DNA of 51,714 bases from Thelocarpon superellum. Lineage: Eukaryota. The notes under the pieces were generated by a model. It did not search any database and had not been told where the DNA came from. It saw nothing but the letters and a program-made list of their open reading frames with translations. Position numbers and translations under genes: made by a program. How positions within the stretch are numbered: position 1 is the stretch's first letter; each line of letters begins with the position of its first letter. Positions 10,083 through 20,646 of this stretch are shown one piece after another. The DNA is taken from assembly GCA_026025795.1 (NCBI GenBank), contig JAPEUG010000086.1, forward strand, positions 1 to 51,714, written 5' to 3'.

Positions 10083-11660
10083 CTATAAGGTGATATCCTC
10101 GACCCGGTAATGATCCTGGACAATCCGGTACAGGTATGAAGGCGCATGTCCTCCGCTGGGAGAGATGTTAGCCATGCCGAGACGGACAGGGGCGGCCACG
10201 GCACTTACAGATTGGTGATGTACAGATCCACTTTCTCCGCGGGAACATAGTCAAACAGGGGATTGTCGACGTACACCTTCTCCAGCAGATCACCATCCTC
10301 GTAACCAAACACCTTGCTCGGATCGCCGTACTCGATGAGCTCCTCAAAGTCAAAGGGGTAGACCGGGCTCAGCTTGTACACGCCGCTCACCACGACCACG
10401 GGCGTCCGATGCTTCTGAGCGGCTTTGGCCACCGTCTCGGCCCCAGCGGCGGCAATCAGACCGCCGTTGGCGAGCACGGCATGCGTGCCCAGGATGACTT
10501 TGTTGACCCGCGCCATGATGGCGAAGACGGCCGCATCCGTAATCAAGATGACCGTGATGCCGGCAGCCGTCAAGGTCTTGTGGAAGGTCGACGTGCTCAG
10601 CTCATCCTCATCTTCTGGAACCCCAGTCCGCTTCCCCGTGATCGTCGCATACGTCGCCTCGTGGTCGTTGGGGTATGATTCCATCTGAATGACGGTAAAT
10701 TTCCGCTTCGTCGCCGCTTTGAGGAGGAATTTCTGCACGGTCATGGAGGAGGAGTAAGTCAGGACCGTCTCGTTGGCGTGAATGTGGTCCAGTGCGTAGG
10801 CGGCGATCTGGTCATCCACTTGGCCGAGCTCGTCGATGATCTCTTCGATCCCGCCCATGATGTCTGGTTTGAGATCGCGGGCCAGGCTCGATGCCGTTGG
10901 CGCACTGCGCAAGGTCGGTGATCGAGCACCCACCGGGGTGCCGGAGGACGACGACGTCCCTTCGTGTGAGAGCAGGCTGAACATGGACGTGGCCATGGGA
11001 GCGCTGGCATTGGCCGCGTACGACGGATGCGACGTCAGGAGCGGTGGACGCCCAGCGCCGAGGTCTGGTGCTCCATACCCCGTGAAGGCACCGTCGATGC
11101 CCGTGTTGACATCCACCGGCTTGGCTTCAGGCGATTCCATGGCGCCTTGACGAAGAGGGCTGAAGGCGGACAGGTGCGTCGACATGCTCGATCGAACCAT
11201 CGGCGGGGTGTCCCGTCGTTGGGGAGAGCCGCCGGGACTGTCTGTGCCGGCGTCGCTGTACACGCTCGCGTCCCCATCTCGGTCATCCTCTGCTTCCTCT
11301 CGGATGAGCCCCAGGACACGCCGGACGATGTTGCCCACCACCATTTCCCGTGGCTGCGCCGCGCACAGACGTTGTCCGACCTGCTGGATGCGCAGGATGA
11401 GCATCTCCACGTTGGTCCAGCGAAAAGCCGACACCACCCGCAGGAGCAGATATGACGTGGCAATGGCGCATGGTCGCGAGCTTCGAATTTGTCGTCGCTT
11501 GAGGAGGCTGCCCGAGGTCAGACATGAAGCAGTCCCAAGCCGACGCGGGGGGGGATCCGTACGAAATCAGATGCTCTACAGACGACTCCACCGGATCGGT
11601 TTTGAGTGACTTCAGGAAGGACGAGAGGCTAGGAGAGATGGCGACGGTGGTCGACGGCAT
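10083..11660 (-). CDS. GCD7: Translation initiation factor eIF2B subunit beta
   Basis: AQPREMVVGNIVRRVL, HIHANETVLT, RVNKVILGTHAVLANGGL, VYKLSPVYP, NPLFDYVP, YITNLGGHAPSYLYR. Introns 11508-11562 and 10156-10208; stop TAG 10083-10085. Confidence 0.93.
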
Positions 11661-12404
11661 GGCGCCGACCAGATGGGCGGATGCTGGGAGAAGTTTTAGA
11701 GTTGCACAAGCGGTCTTGCCTTTGGATGGAAACTGGCTGCACGCTGCACGCTACATCATCCGTGACTCAGACGTGAAAAGATGCGCCCGGCACGCAAAGG
11801 CGCCAGCTAGCCGGGCCAGGAACAGTAGCAGAAGAGACTCGAGAGGAGACTTGACGGCGGGACGGTGGTTCCAGCGTCTGCAGCACGACTTCTGGACGTG
11901 ATGCTTGCGGCTAAGATGATTCCACAAACTGTCGTTTTATCTTTCCGATGCTAAATTGATACGTGATGCGTCGCCCATCTTCCCATGTCGCCCGATTTTA
12001 GCGCACCCGGGCGGCCAACCAGGGAGCCTGTGAGCCACGGAGCCATGGAGCCACCGAAGCACCTCGTCCGACCCCACTGATCCTCGTCAACATCATCTGC
12101 CGGACCTGCCTGATCTGCCTGGGCCTTATCGGACACGACGTGCCCTGACCGCAGTCTGTCCGTCGGGGAACAGAAGCACGTCGTGCCCGCTCACGCATGT
12201 CCCTTCCCGGCTCGACTGATGTGTAGATCGCCTGTGCGATAACAGAGTCGGCACTCTCCACGGGCCACGCGGTCCACACGAACGGCTGACAAGCCCTCGT
12301 CCTCGTATAGAGATAGACCTCGAGGACCGACCTGCCGCCGATCACAACCATCTCATATTCCGGCATCGCCTCTGCCCCCGGCTGTCCATGGCGCACATCA
12401 CACA

Positions 12405-14184
12405 ATGAATGCATTGAACATCCTCTCCGCCCGCGTCATCGGCCCTGCGCAACCTCAGACGCCAACACAACCCCCTTCGCCTCTACATGAGCGCCGAGCG
12501 GATCTGAGCGCGCGCGCAGACACAACAGCGGAAGAGGACTCGTTGAGCAAAGATGCGGACGAGGCCGGTGCACCGAGCTCTACCCGGGTGCCGGGCGCGG
12601 GCGCCGAGCAGGGAGAAAACGATGACCCCGGCAGGGGAGAGAACGGAACGCTGTACAGGACGGTGGACGAGAAGAGTCCGCTGCTCACCAGGTCATACGA
12701 CGCGGATCGGCAGACAACGAAGCCCAGTGCATGGGGGAGGATACCGCGATGGCTAGCCAACGCCCTGCTGCAGTCCTTGAGGTGGGTATTTGCCACCTTG
12801 GCTGCGCCGGGCGTCTACCTGGTCGCCTCGCTCTACGACGACCGAGGGAATTTCAACGCCTCACGCCCCTTCTCTCGAAGAGGCCGATCGTCGACCGCAC
12901 AGGCCGTGGGGCTTTCAGCCGCCACCGGTCATCCTGCCACCTCGCGTTACACCGGTGTCGCTGACAAGGGCACGTCACGCCGTCAGTCTCCCGCTTCCTC
13001 TGCAGTCGCGAGCGATATTGATGGCTCGTCGGCCATCGTGAGCTCGGACTCGGAACTGGACCAGTCATTGGTTTTGCGTGAGCGAACGGACGACGACGAG
13101 AGCCCGGCTCGGCACACGCGCTCCAAATCGTCGGCCTCAAGCTCGTCGGAGGATCTGCCTCCGTCGAGACGGTCAATTCGCATCAAGCTCTACAACCAAG
13201 AACCCCCGAAGCGGCGGAAAGCACGGAATACAGCATCATCCAAGTCTTCGTCCCGCGACGGTAGGGATCCGCCCGACACCGACGGCCTTCCCACGGCCAC
13301 TCCGGCGACGCTGAAGTCACCCACCTCGCCGTCCTCCTCTCTCCGCATGACCAAATACCCCCGCGCGCCCAATCCTCCGCGACCTCTGATTCCGCGACGC
13401 ACCCCATCTTACACCTTCCCCGTCATTGCCTCTTCCGGCGTTGCACAGAAAACACTCATCTTAGACCTCGACGAGACGTTGATCCATAGCATGGCCAAAG
13501 GCGGCCGCATGAGCACCGGGCACATGGTCGAGGTCAAACTCAACGCGCCCGTTGGGTTCAGTGGCGGCGTGGCGAATGCGCCACGCCATCCCATCCTCTA
13601 CTACGTGCACAAACGACCATACTGTGATGACTTCCTGCGAAAGGTGCGCTTCAGGCCAATGCCTCCCACACCCACTGCGCTCCCCCGCTCATCCTGGAAC
13701 AGGTATGCCAGTGGTACAATCTCGTGGCCTTTACAGCCTCGGTCCAAGAGTACGCGGATCCGGTCATCGACTGGCTCGAGCAAGATCGAAAGTACTTCTC
13801 CGGCCGCTACTACCGGCAACACTGCACCTTTCGCGGGGGCAACTACATCAAGGACATTAGCTCAGTGGAGCCAGACCTGAGCAAGGTCATGATTGTCGAC
13901 AACAGTCCATCCAGCTATGTTTTCCACGAGGGTACGATCCCATCCGGCCCATTTGCATTCCATTTCCTTACTCACATCCTCATCTTCCTTTCCACCCCCA
14001 TTTTTGCCCCCATCACGCTGACACAACGAACAATGCGCCAGACAACGCCATTCCCATTGAAGGCTGGATCAACGATCCCACCGATAACGACCTGTTGCAT
14101 CTCATCCCCCTCCTAGAAGCGCTCCAATATGTTACGGACGTACGCGCGCTTTTGGCCCTTCGCGGCGGCGAACCCTCGACTTAG
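12405..14184 (+). CDS. NEM1: Nem1 / CTDNEP1-type NIF (FCP1-homology) phosphatase
   Basis: N-terminal hydrophobic segment, then KTLILDLDETLIHS, YYVHKRPYCDDFL, FTASVQEYADPVIDWL, YIKDIS, IVDNSP. Introns 13644-13702 and 13932-14041; stop TAG 14182-14184. Confidence 0.92.
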
Positions 14185-14231
14185 AGCACGCCCCCTTTCT
14201 CTCTACCATCTACCATCTACCATCTGCTCTT

Positions 14232-14316
14232 TCCTCTCCTCTCCTCTCCTCTCCTCTCCTCTCCTCTCCTCTCCTCTCCTCTCCCCTCCTCTCCTCTCCT
14301 CTCCTCTCCTCTCCTT
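14232..14316. repeat. (CTCCT)n polypyrimidine microsatellite
   Basis: About 16 near-perfect pentamer copies just downstream of the NEM1 stop. Confidence 0.9.
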
Positions 14317-14562
14317 TCCTCTCCCTTTTCTCTTCCATGTCGTCTCATTTTTCGCCCTCCTTTCTGACTCTCTTCCCTCAAGCAATCAGCATGCAGCGAG
14401 AGTATGGACCAACCGCGTCCGACCGTACTCGTTCAACGTCACTAGATCTGCATCTGCACCTCTGACACGTGCACGCGTCTTTTTGGCACCTTGGTACGAA
14501 GGGTAGATAGTGCGTTGGAGGTGGAGTACGAGTGTGTTGAAGTTGAGATGGAGGCGAGAAGT

Positions 14563-14601
14563 GGAGAGGAGAGGAGAGGAGAGGAGAGGAGAGGAGAGGA
14601 G
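14563..14601. repeat. (GGAGA)n polypurine microsatellite, complementary to 14232-14316
   Basis: About 7-8 pentamer copies. Confidence 0.9.
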
Positions 14602-14640
14602 AACTTTTGTACTATATCCATCGTTTATGGAACCAAGTCG

Positions 14641-14716
<76 letters not shown>

Positions 14717-14769
14717 GTCATCATCATCATCATCATCATCATCGTCATCATCATCATCATCATCATCAT
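14641..14769. repeat. (CAT)~43 trinucleotide microsatellite
   Basis: About 43 units with two CGT interruptions. Confidence 0.95.
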
Positions 14770-15440
14770 CTTCTTCTTCTTAACTCTCATCTCATCATGT
14801 AATCTCAGAGCTAGAACTTACCCTCTGTGGGTCCCTGGGTGACGTGTAATGGCCAGCCCTGGAATCTACTTCATTTCACGGTATCACGGTTCCGCGGGAC
14901 TGACGAATCAGAATCAGAATCGAGATTCAAATCGAGATTGAACGCCTGTTCCCTAATAATCTCCTTCCCATCATCTTGGCTCCCGTCCTTCTGTTCCCTT
15001 TCTTGTACCGGCAGGCGATGCACTATCTATCTGCGGTTCGAGGAGATCTCAGTGGGTACGTGTGCATGTCGCACGTGGGAAAGCCCTAGATCGGAGTGTC
15101 GTCGTCGATGTGGGTGGAGAGAGAGAGGCCGTCAAGACGCGCGAGCACGATGTCCTCTGGGTATCGTTGTCCCCCTGCCATTCCCACGACAAAGAAGACC
15201 TCCCAGCGCCGCGCCAAGTTCAAGTCCAAGGTCAAAGTCATAGTCAAAGTCAAGGCTTTTCTTTCCGTTATCCCCTGTCCGTCGATCCGCACGATCTACT
15301 TCTGACGCCGTGTCGCCACCAGACCAAGTCGCTGAAAGTGCAGAGATGAATTCGATCAAACGGGAGAACGCTGATGCAAAAGTCGTATCGTCGGGTATTG
15401 AGTGGTGTCTGTGGCGGTAGGAGTGGGCGGTTGATGCAGA

Positions 15441-16103
15441 TCATGCGGGATGCTCCTGAGGCTGGTGCGGCGAGCCTGGTGAGAGTTGCGCGTCGTGCTC
15501 TTCGTCCTTGCCAAACGCGTTCCGACACATCTCCAGCACACTCTCGAAGCCCTCCTTGCCCCGCGCAGCATTCTGGCGAAAGCGCTCGACCGATGCGTCC
15601 TCGATGGTGTTCTTCAGCCGCTGCCACCCGCCGCAGAGGGCGGTGATCTTGGCATCCTGCTGAAATTGCGTCTTGGACTCCGGTGCGGACTGGAGAGGCT
15701 GATAGATGACCGTCTCGCGCACCGAGATGGCGTTGGCCCAGTTGAGGTTGGTGGAGCACATGGTGACCTTGCGCGACGTGGGGTCGACATAGGAGACTTC
15801 GTGAACGTGTGAAGTGCACTCGCCGCCGAGGAGGGTCTGCACCCATTTGGGTGCGCCTTGTCGGCATGTGATGAGGCGTTCAGTCCGTAACTACGACGCG
15901 TTGTCAGTCCCTGATGAAACGGGCGTGGAGAACTGCGGAAAGACACGTACTATGCCGGTGGAGGGGTCGACGCTGCGGGACAACGTGTCGACCGCCACCA
16001 CGTGGGTGGATTTGTCGTTCCATGGGCAGTACTTCAGCCAGTTGGCCGTCGATACCTCGTCCCAAGGATAATCGAAGGCGCACTTGGATTCAAACACTTT
16101 CAT
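15441..16103 (-). CDS. UPS2: PRELI/MSF1-family mitochondrial lipid transfer protein (Ups2-like)
   Basis: MKVF...FDYPWDEVSTANWLKY, HVVAVDTLSR, LRTERLITC, RFRQNAARGKEGFESVL. Intron 15891-15950. Confidence 0.9.
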
Positions 16104-17728
16104 CTCGGTTGAGTGGGGTGCAGCGCCACGAACGCCACCACGTATTGGGGGTGGCGGTAATGTTCTCGGAGACCCGGGAGAATCGATGGGTGAGAGGACA
16201 GTAGTGGCGTAGGTCGGGAAGGTGGTCGTGGTGTTGAAGGGCGTTTCAAGCTGACGCGAGGTTGTACAAATCAACTTGGAGGGCACGAGGGCAAAGAGGA
16301 TGATATCTCTTCACGCTTCGGGTATTCTCGCCCTGCGCCGCGCCACGGACCTCGGCGGGTGACGCAGTATCTCGGTAGTGGTGTGCGCACACGAAAATCT
16401 TTCGCCTTGCTAATCCTCGGTCGCAGGCCTTGAGTGGGCTGCATTTTCAGGAAAGATGGGGGTCGCCACCGTAAGCCCGGCTGTCCACCTGTGCGCGGGC
16501 TCGCTCCTTCGACTATGTTACCTCGTTAGGTGCAGGAACTAGCGGGCCTTGGCCCTGCCTTCCCGTTAGCCTCCACGCCACACTTCGGCCTGGCGCTGCT
16601 CGCGCGCATTCCAAGAGATCTCCACCACAAAGCTCAAAAATGTGCGCAGGCCAGATGCCAGCGGGAGACAGGCGATCCATCAATCTTACACCCGCCTTTC
16701 AAGAGCTGTGCCGGGCTCTGTGCTCGTACGAGAATACGGGGGGTTACATGTCCATTCAAGGCGTGTCGCCAGCCGCGCCGTGCTCTCGTAGAGCGCGATC
16801 CAACTTGCATAGGGTTGCAATGACGAACCACTGCTAATAATCCCGATCACGGGGTGTTGCAAGTTGCGAGCGTGGAGTCTTTCGATCGTAGCAAGGGCTC
16901 CCTATCATACATCTGCCGCTGATCGGTCACACTGCCTCCAGGCCCCGTAAGCTTCGTTGGCCTGCGCTTGCGCACACCGATCGTTAAAGCCGTGACCCCT
17001 CGAACATGACGGGATGGCGTCAGTAATTGAGACGAGCGGCTGATGGATCTTGCGACAGGCGGTGACGGGTATGTGATCGAGGGAGCTGTAGGGGAGGCTT
17101 GCCCATGCCATGCGCCTCCCCGTCCTCACTCACTCCAGCACCACGGCATCTCCTGCGTGTGCGAGCGTGCGAGCGTCCGAGGGAGCAAGCGAGGACGGAC
17201 AGGAACGGGGCGCGCCGCCAGACACTCGGCACCTCCAACCTGTCCCAACATCCGAGACGGCAACCTGGTGCGCTTGCATTCGCGCAGCGTCGCCGGCGCC
17301 TCCGTCTCCAAGGGCCCTTCCCTCCTTCCTCCCTCCCCACCCTTAGCTTCGCCCGGCATCAGGCGGAGGACGGTCGATCAGATCAGTCAGCGTATCCTGA
17401 ATGTAGGAAGCTCTCCGCGAGCACGTAACAGGAGTATATCAAGTGCGGGAGCGCCCGAGTCTGTGCACGCGTGGAGGTTTCCTGCACCACCCACTTGCTC
17501 AGCGTCTACCCGCCCGTCCATCGACTCCTCTCGCTGCGCTCCATCCTGAGCGCACCATCCCGAGCGTAACCTCCCTCCATAAGACCGCGCGTTTGGACCC
17601 CTGACTTTCGAGCCACATCGCGAGCCTGCGCCTGTCCGTCTTCGGTCTCCTCACTGCTCCCCCGTTGGTAATCTCGGTCCACGTCGTCGCTTCATCCCAT
17701 CCCAGATCATCCCCACCGCCATCTCACC

Positions 17729-18538
17729 ATGCCCGTCGAGCTACGAAAACGAAAGGCCCCGGCCGCGCCCCCAGCCGCCGCTCCGCCGGCCAAGAAGAAG
17801 ACAAGTGCCACCAAACCAGCTGCGGCGGTGGCCAAGGCGATCAACGGCAAGAAAGCCGCCCCGGCAAAGGCCAATGGCACTGCCACCACCAAGGCCGCGC
17901 CGCCATCATCCAAGATCACGGTCGGAAGTGTCATTTCGCTCGACGGATTTGGCGGAGACATCGAGACCCAGGATGGGGTCAAGACCACTCTGAAGCAATT
18001 GGTGGAGGAGAGCAAAGCAGGCGTGGTGCTCTTCACCTATCCCAAAGCCTCGACCCCAGGCTGTGAGATGCTCCGACCTATGCTTCCCTGAGCGCGAATG
18101 CTGACCCAGATTGCAGGTACTACGCAGGCCTGTCTCTTTCGTGACTCCTACATACCTCTGACTGCGACGGGGCTCTCCATCTATGGCCTTTCCGCGGACT
18201 CGCCCAAGGCGAATACCACGTTCAAGACCAAGCAGAATCTACCGTATTCGCTGCTGTGCGACCCCAATGGCACCCTGATTGGCGCCATCGGTTTCAAGAA
18301 AGCCCCCAAGAGCACCACGCGGGCCGTCTTCGTCATTGACAAGCAAGGAAAGGTCCTGGCAGCCCAACCGGGTGGACCTGCGGCCACCGTCGAGGTCGTG
18401 CAGAAGCTCGTGGGCGAGAAGGGCACGTCAGATGATGCCAAGACCAAGGACAAGTCCGAAGATGTAGCCAAGGCCGATGTCGCGGCCGATGTTGCTGACA
18501 CCGCTGCGAAGATTGATGGCGACGGCGCCAAGGCGTAA
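17729..18538 (+). CDS. DOT5: Peroxiredoxin Q/BCP (Dot5-like) with a Lys/Ala-rich N-terminus
   Basis: Spliced VLFTYPKASTPGCTTQACLFRD (peroxidatic and resolving Cys), GLSADSP. Intron 18063-18116; NLS-like LRKRK. Confidence 0.92.
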
Positions 18539-19072
18539 TAGGAGGGAGCGATGGCATCGCCAGCTTCTGGGAGACGTGATGCAGCAAAGGCGCCAACTGC
18601 GTGTCTGCCACCATCAATGCAAGTCCTTCGACTGTGCGATTGACGGGAGGTGGATGCATCAACATCAACAGCCCGCATTGGATGAGACGGCTTGGGAAGG
18701 AACGCTCGGGAGATGTTGCTTGGCCTTCCATCTTACGTGGGCCCTTGGGCCTCGCACCCGATTCGTATTCGCACATTGTGGTCAATCAGCTCTTTCATTC
18801 GACCAACGGACACGATCAAGCATGATCACTCCGCTGAATCTTTGAGAGGCTCTATTAGCCTCGTCCGGCTGTCGAGTAGATACCGAGTGCCTCCGGGTTA
18901 GTGATGCATGGTGCAAACCTGTCGCCGCTTTAGCAAAATCCAACGCCGCTATAGGCAGGCGAGTCGAGACTCGCGAAACATCGACGGACGTAGTGACCGA
19001 GATGCCTCACACCTTCCTAACCTCCTTCAGGTCCACAAACTCCATTGCTCATCAACGGGGAAATTCGTCGAG

Positions 19073-19765
19073 ATGTCGACGCGGGAAGCAGCTCGAGCGG
19101 CCCGCTCCGCCAGCGCCGCCATCGCCGTCTCCAAGGTAGGCAAAATCTCATCCATCCCGGGACGCCACCCGCTCATCGGTCCAGAAATACACCGTGCAGT
19201 CGAGAGGGATCTGGGAACGTATCCGGAGATTGCTGGCCGTTGACCCGACCCGGTCCAACGGCGTTCCGCTCAACCCTCAATTCCGCAATCCGCCGCCCGG
19301 CGCCAACGATCCACGGACATATGACGACCCGACCACGGTCCCTGCCGCCGACCTTGCCAACAACCCATATTGGAAACGTGACATGCGACGAAGCTATCCG
19401 CGCCTCAGCGTCATCAACCAGGCTGATGTCGTGGGCTTACTGACCATGGGGAGCAAAGCTGCGCCAAAGGAGGATGTCCCGTTGATCGGTGAAGCAGGGG
19501 CCAAGCAATTGATGAAAGTCAAACAGGAGGGGGAGGAGACGGGGTTGGCCAGTCTGTTTGAGAAGGACTCGAAGAGCGTCACCGGCGTGCTTGGCCCCAC
19601 CGGCCTACCTCCCATGCCTGCAGGGCTTTCGCCGAACCCACAAGGCAAGCGGTACGAGATGACGCCGGAGAACGGCTTTCCAGAAGAGTAAGTGCCGCTT
19701 GCGATCCCTGGGATGTCCCGTCAGCACTGACAACATACAGATATCCTTGTCGGACCTTTGTCTAG
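19073..19765 (+). CDS. NADH-ubiquinone oxidoreductase 21.3 kDa accessory subunit
   Basis: KYTVQSRGIWERIRRLLAVDPTRSNGVPLNPQFRNPPPG, ADLANNPYWKRDMRRSYPRLS, C-terminal YPCRTFV. Introns 19136-19184 and 19688-19740. Confidence 0.88.
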
Positions 19766-20052
19766 GGCTGCGGTCTGGGCTAGAGATGAGCGATTGGTTT
19801 ATGGAACCTGATGTACCGTATTCAAAGCAGAGGAGTCGTCCCAGTACAGGCTATGGCTACTTGTGCTCGTTGCATGGGCGATGGTATGGTCATCAGGCGG
19901 CCTCCGTGACTACATCGTCAATTCACCGGCGTCTCCCCAATGAGATTATGCCCTGGTATCACAACATGCGGACCTCCCGATCGACTGCTCTCACCTTTCC
20001 TCACGCGTGCCTCCGCCCCCTCCTTTCGGTACTCACATCCCAACTCATCGCC

Positions 20053-20415
20053 ATGTTCAGAGGGCGCCTCCAGAACATTGATCCAGAGGATCACCGTCTC
20101 GACTTCGCGGAGAGCCTCATTCTCTCGCGAAACCACCAGCAATACGCGCTCGTGGCGGCCCCCACGATCGCGCGTCCCTTCGTGGTCGCCAAGGCGAAGT
20201 GGGGCTATGGTCGCGAAAGCCTCCCGGACCTCCCCATCATTGCGGGCGATCTCCTCGACACCCTGGAGCGTAACGAAGCGACATGGGGACCTCACAGTGG
20301 GTCGTCAGAGGCTCGTAATTTCGTCTCCCGCGTCGCTTCGTGGCTCTGGGGGATTCGACAGGGGCTCTCCACGAGCACAGCTGCCGCAGACATTGAGCTG
20401 CAGTCATTTGCTTGA
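20053..20415 (+). CDS. Orphan small protein (~120 aa)
   Basis: Intronless ORF with a GCC-ATG context after a CT-rich leader and coding-like GC3 bias; no motif recognised. Confidence 0.5.
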   Translation: MFRGRLQNIDPEDHRLDFAESLILSRNHQQYALVAAPTIARPFVVAKAKWGYGRESLPDLPIIAGDLLDTLERNEATWGPHSGSSEARNFVSRVASWLWGIRQGLSTSTAAADIELQSFA

Positions 20416-20646
20416 TCTCTTCGCGGATCCTGGCGGCGGCATCCGAGATAGCTGATCAGATGGTGAGTGGAGCGTGGGACGATATGGAGAAGAGGATCTA
20501 GCAAGTCTTCACTCCCCAGCGCCGGCGGGTAGTCTCCGCTCGGTTCTTCCGTCGCCTTTTCTCTTCCTCCCTTACTTTACTCATTGCTCCTTCTCGCAAG
20601 TCTTACCACTTACTTTGCTCTTTCACGTGGTCAGCCATACTCACGA

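Noticed and set aside
14386..14842. ORFs with poly-His, poly-Met and poly-Ile runs
   Set aside because: Translation artefacts of the stop-free (CAT)n and (GGAGA)n microsatellites.
16790..16830. ATCCAACTTG...ATGACGA loosely resembling U3 snoRNA
   Set aside because: No A/A', B or D boxes; likely chance.
18098..18538. In-frame ATG inside the DOT5 intron as an alternative start
   Set aside because: It would lack the peroxidatic Cys, and it overlaps the branch site (GCTGAC).
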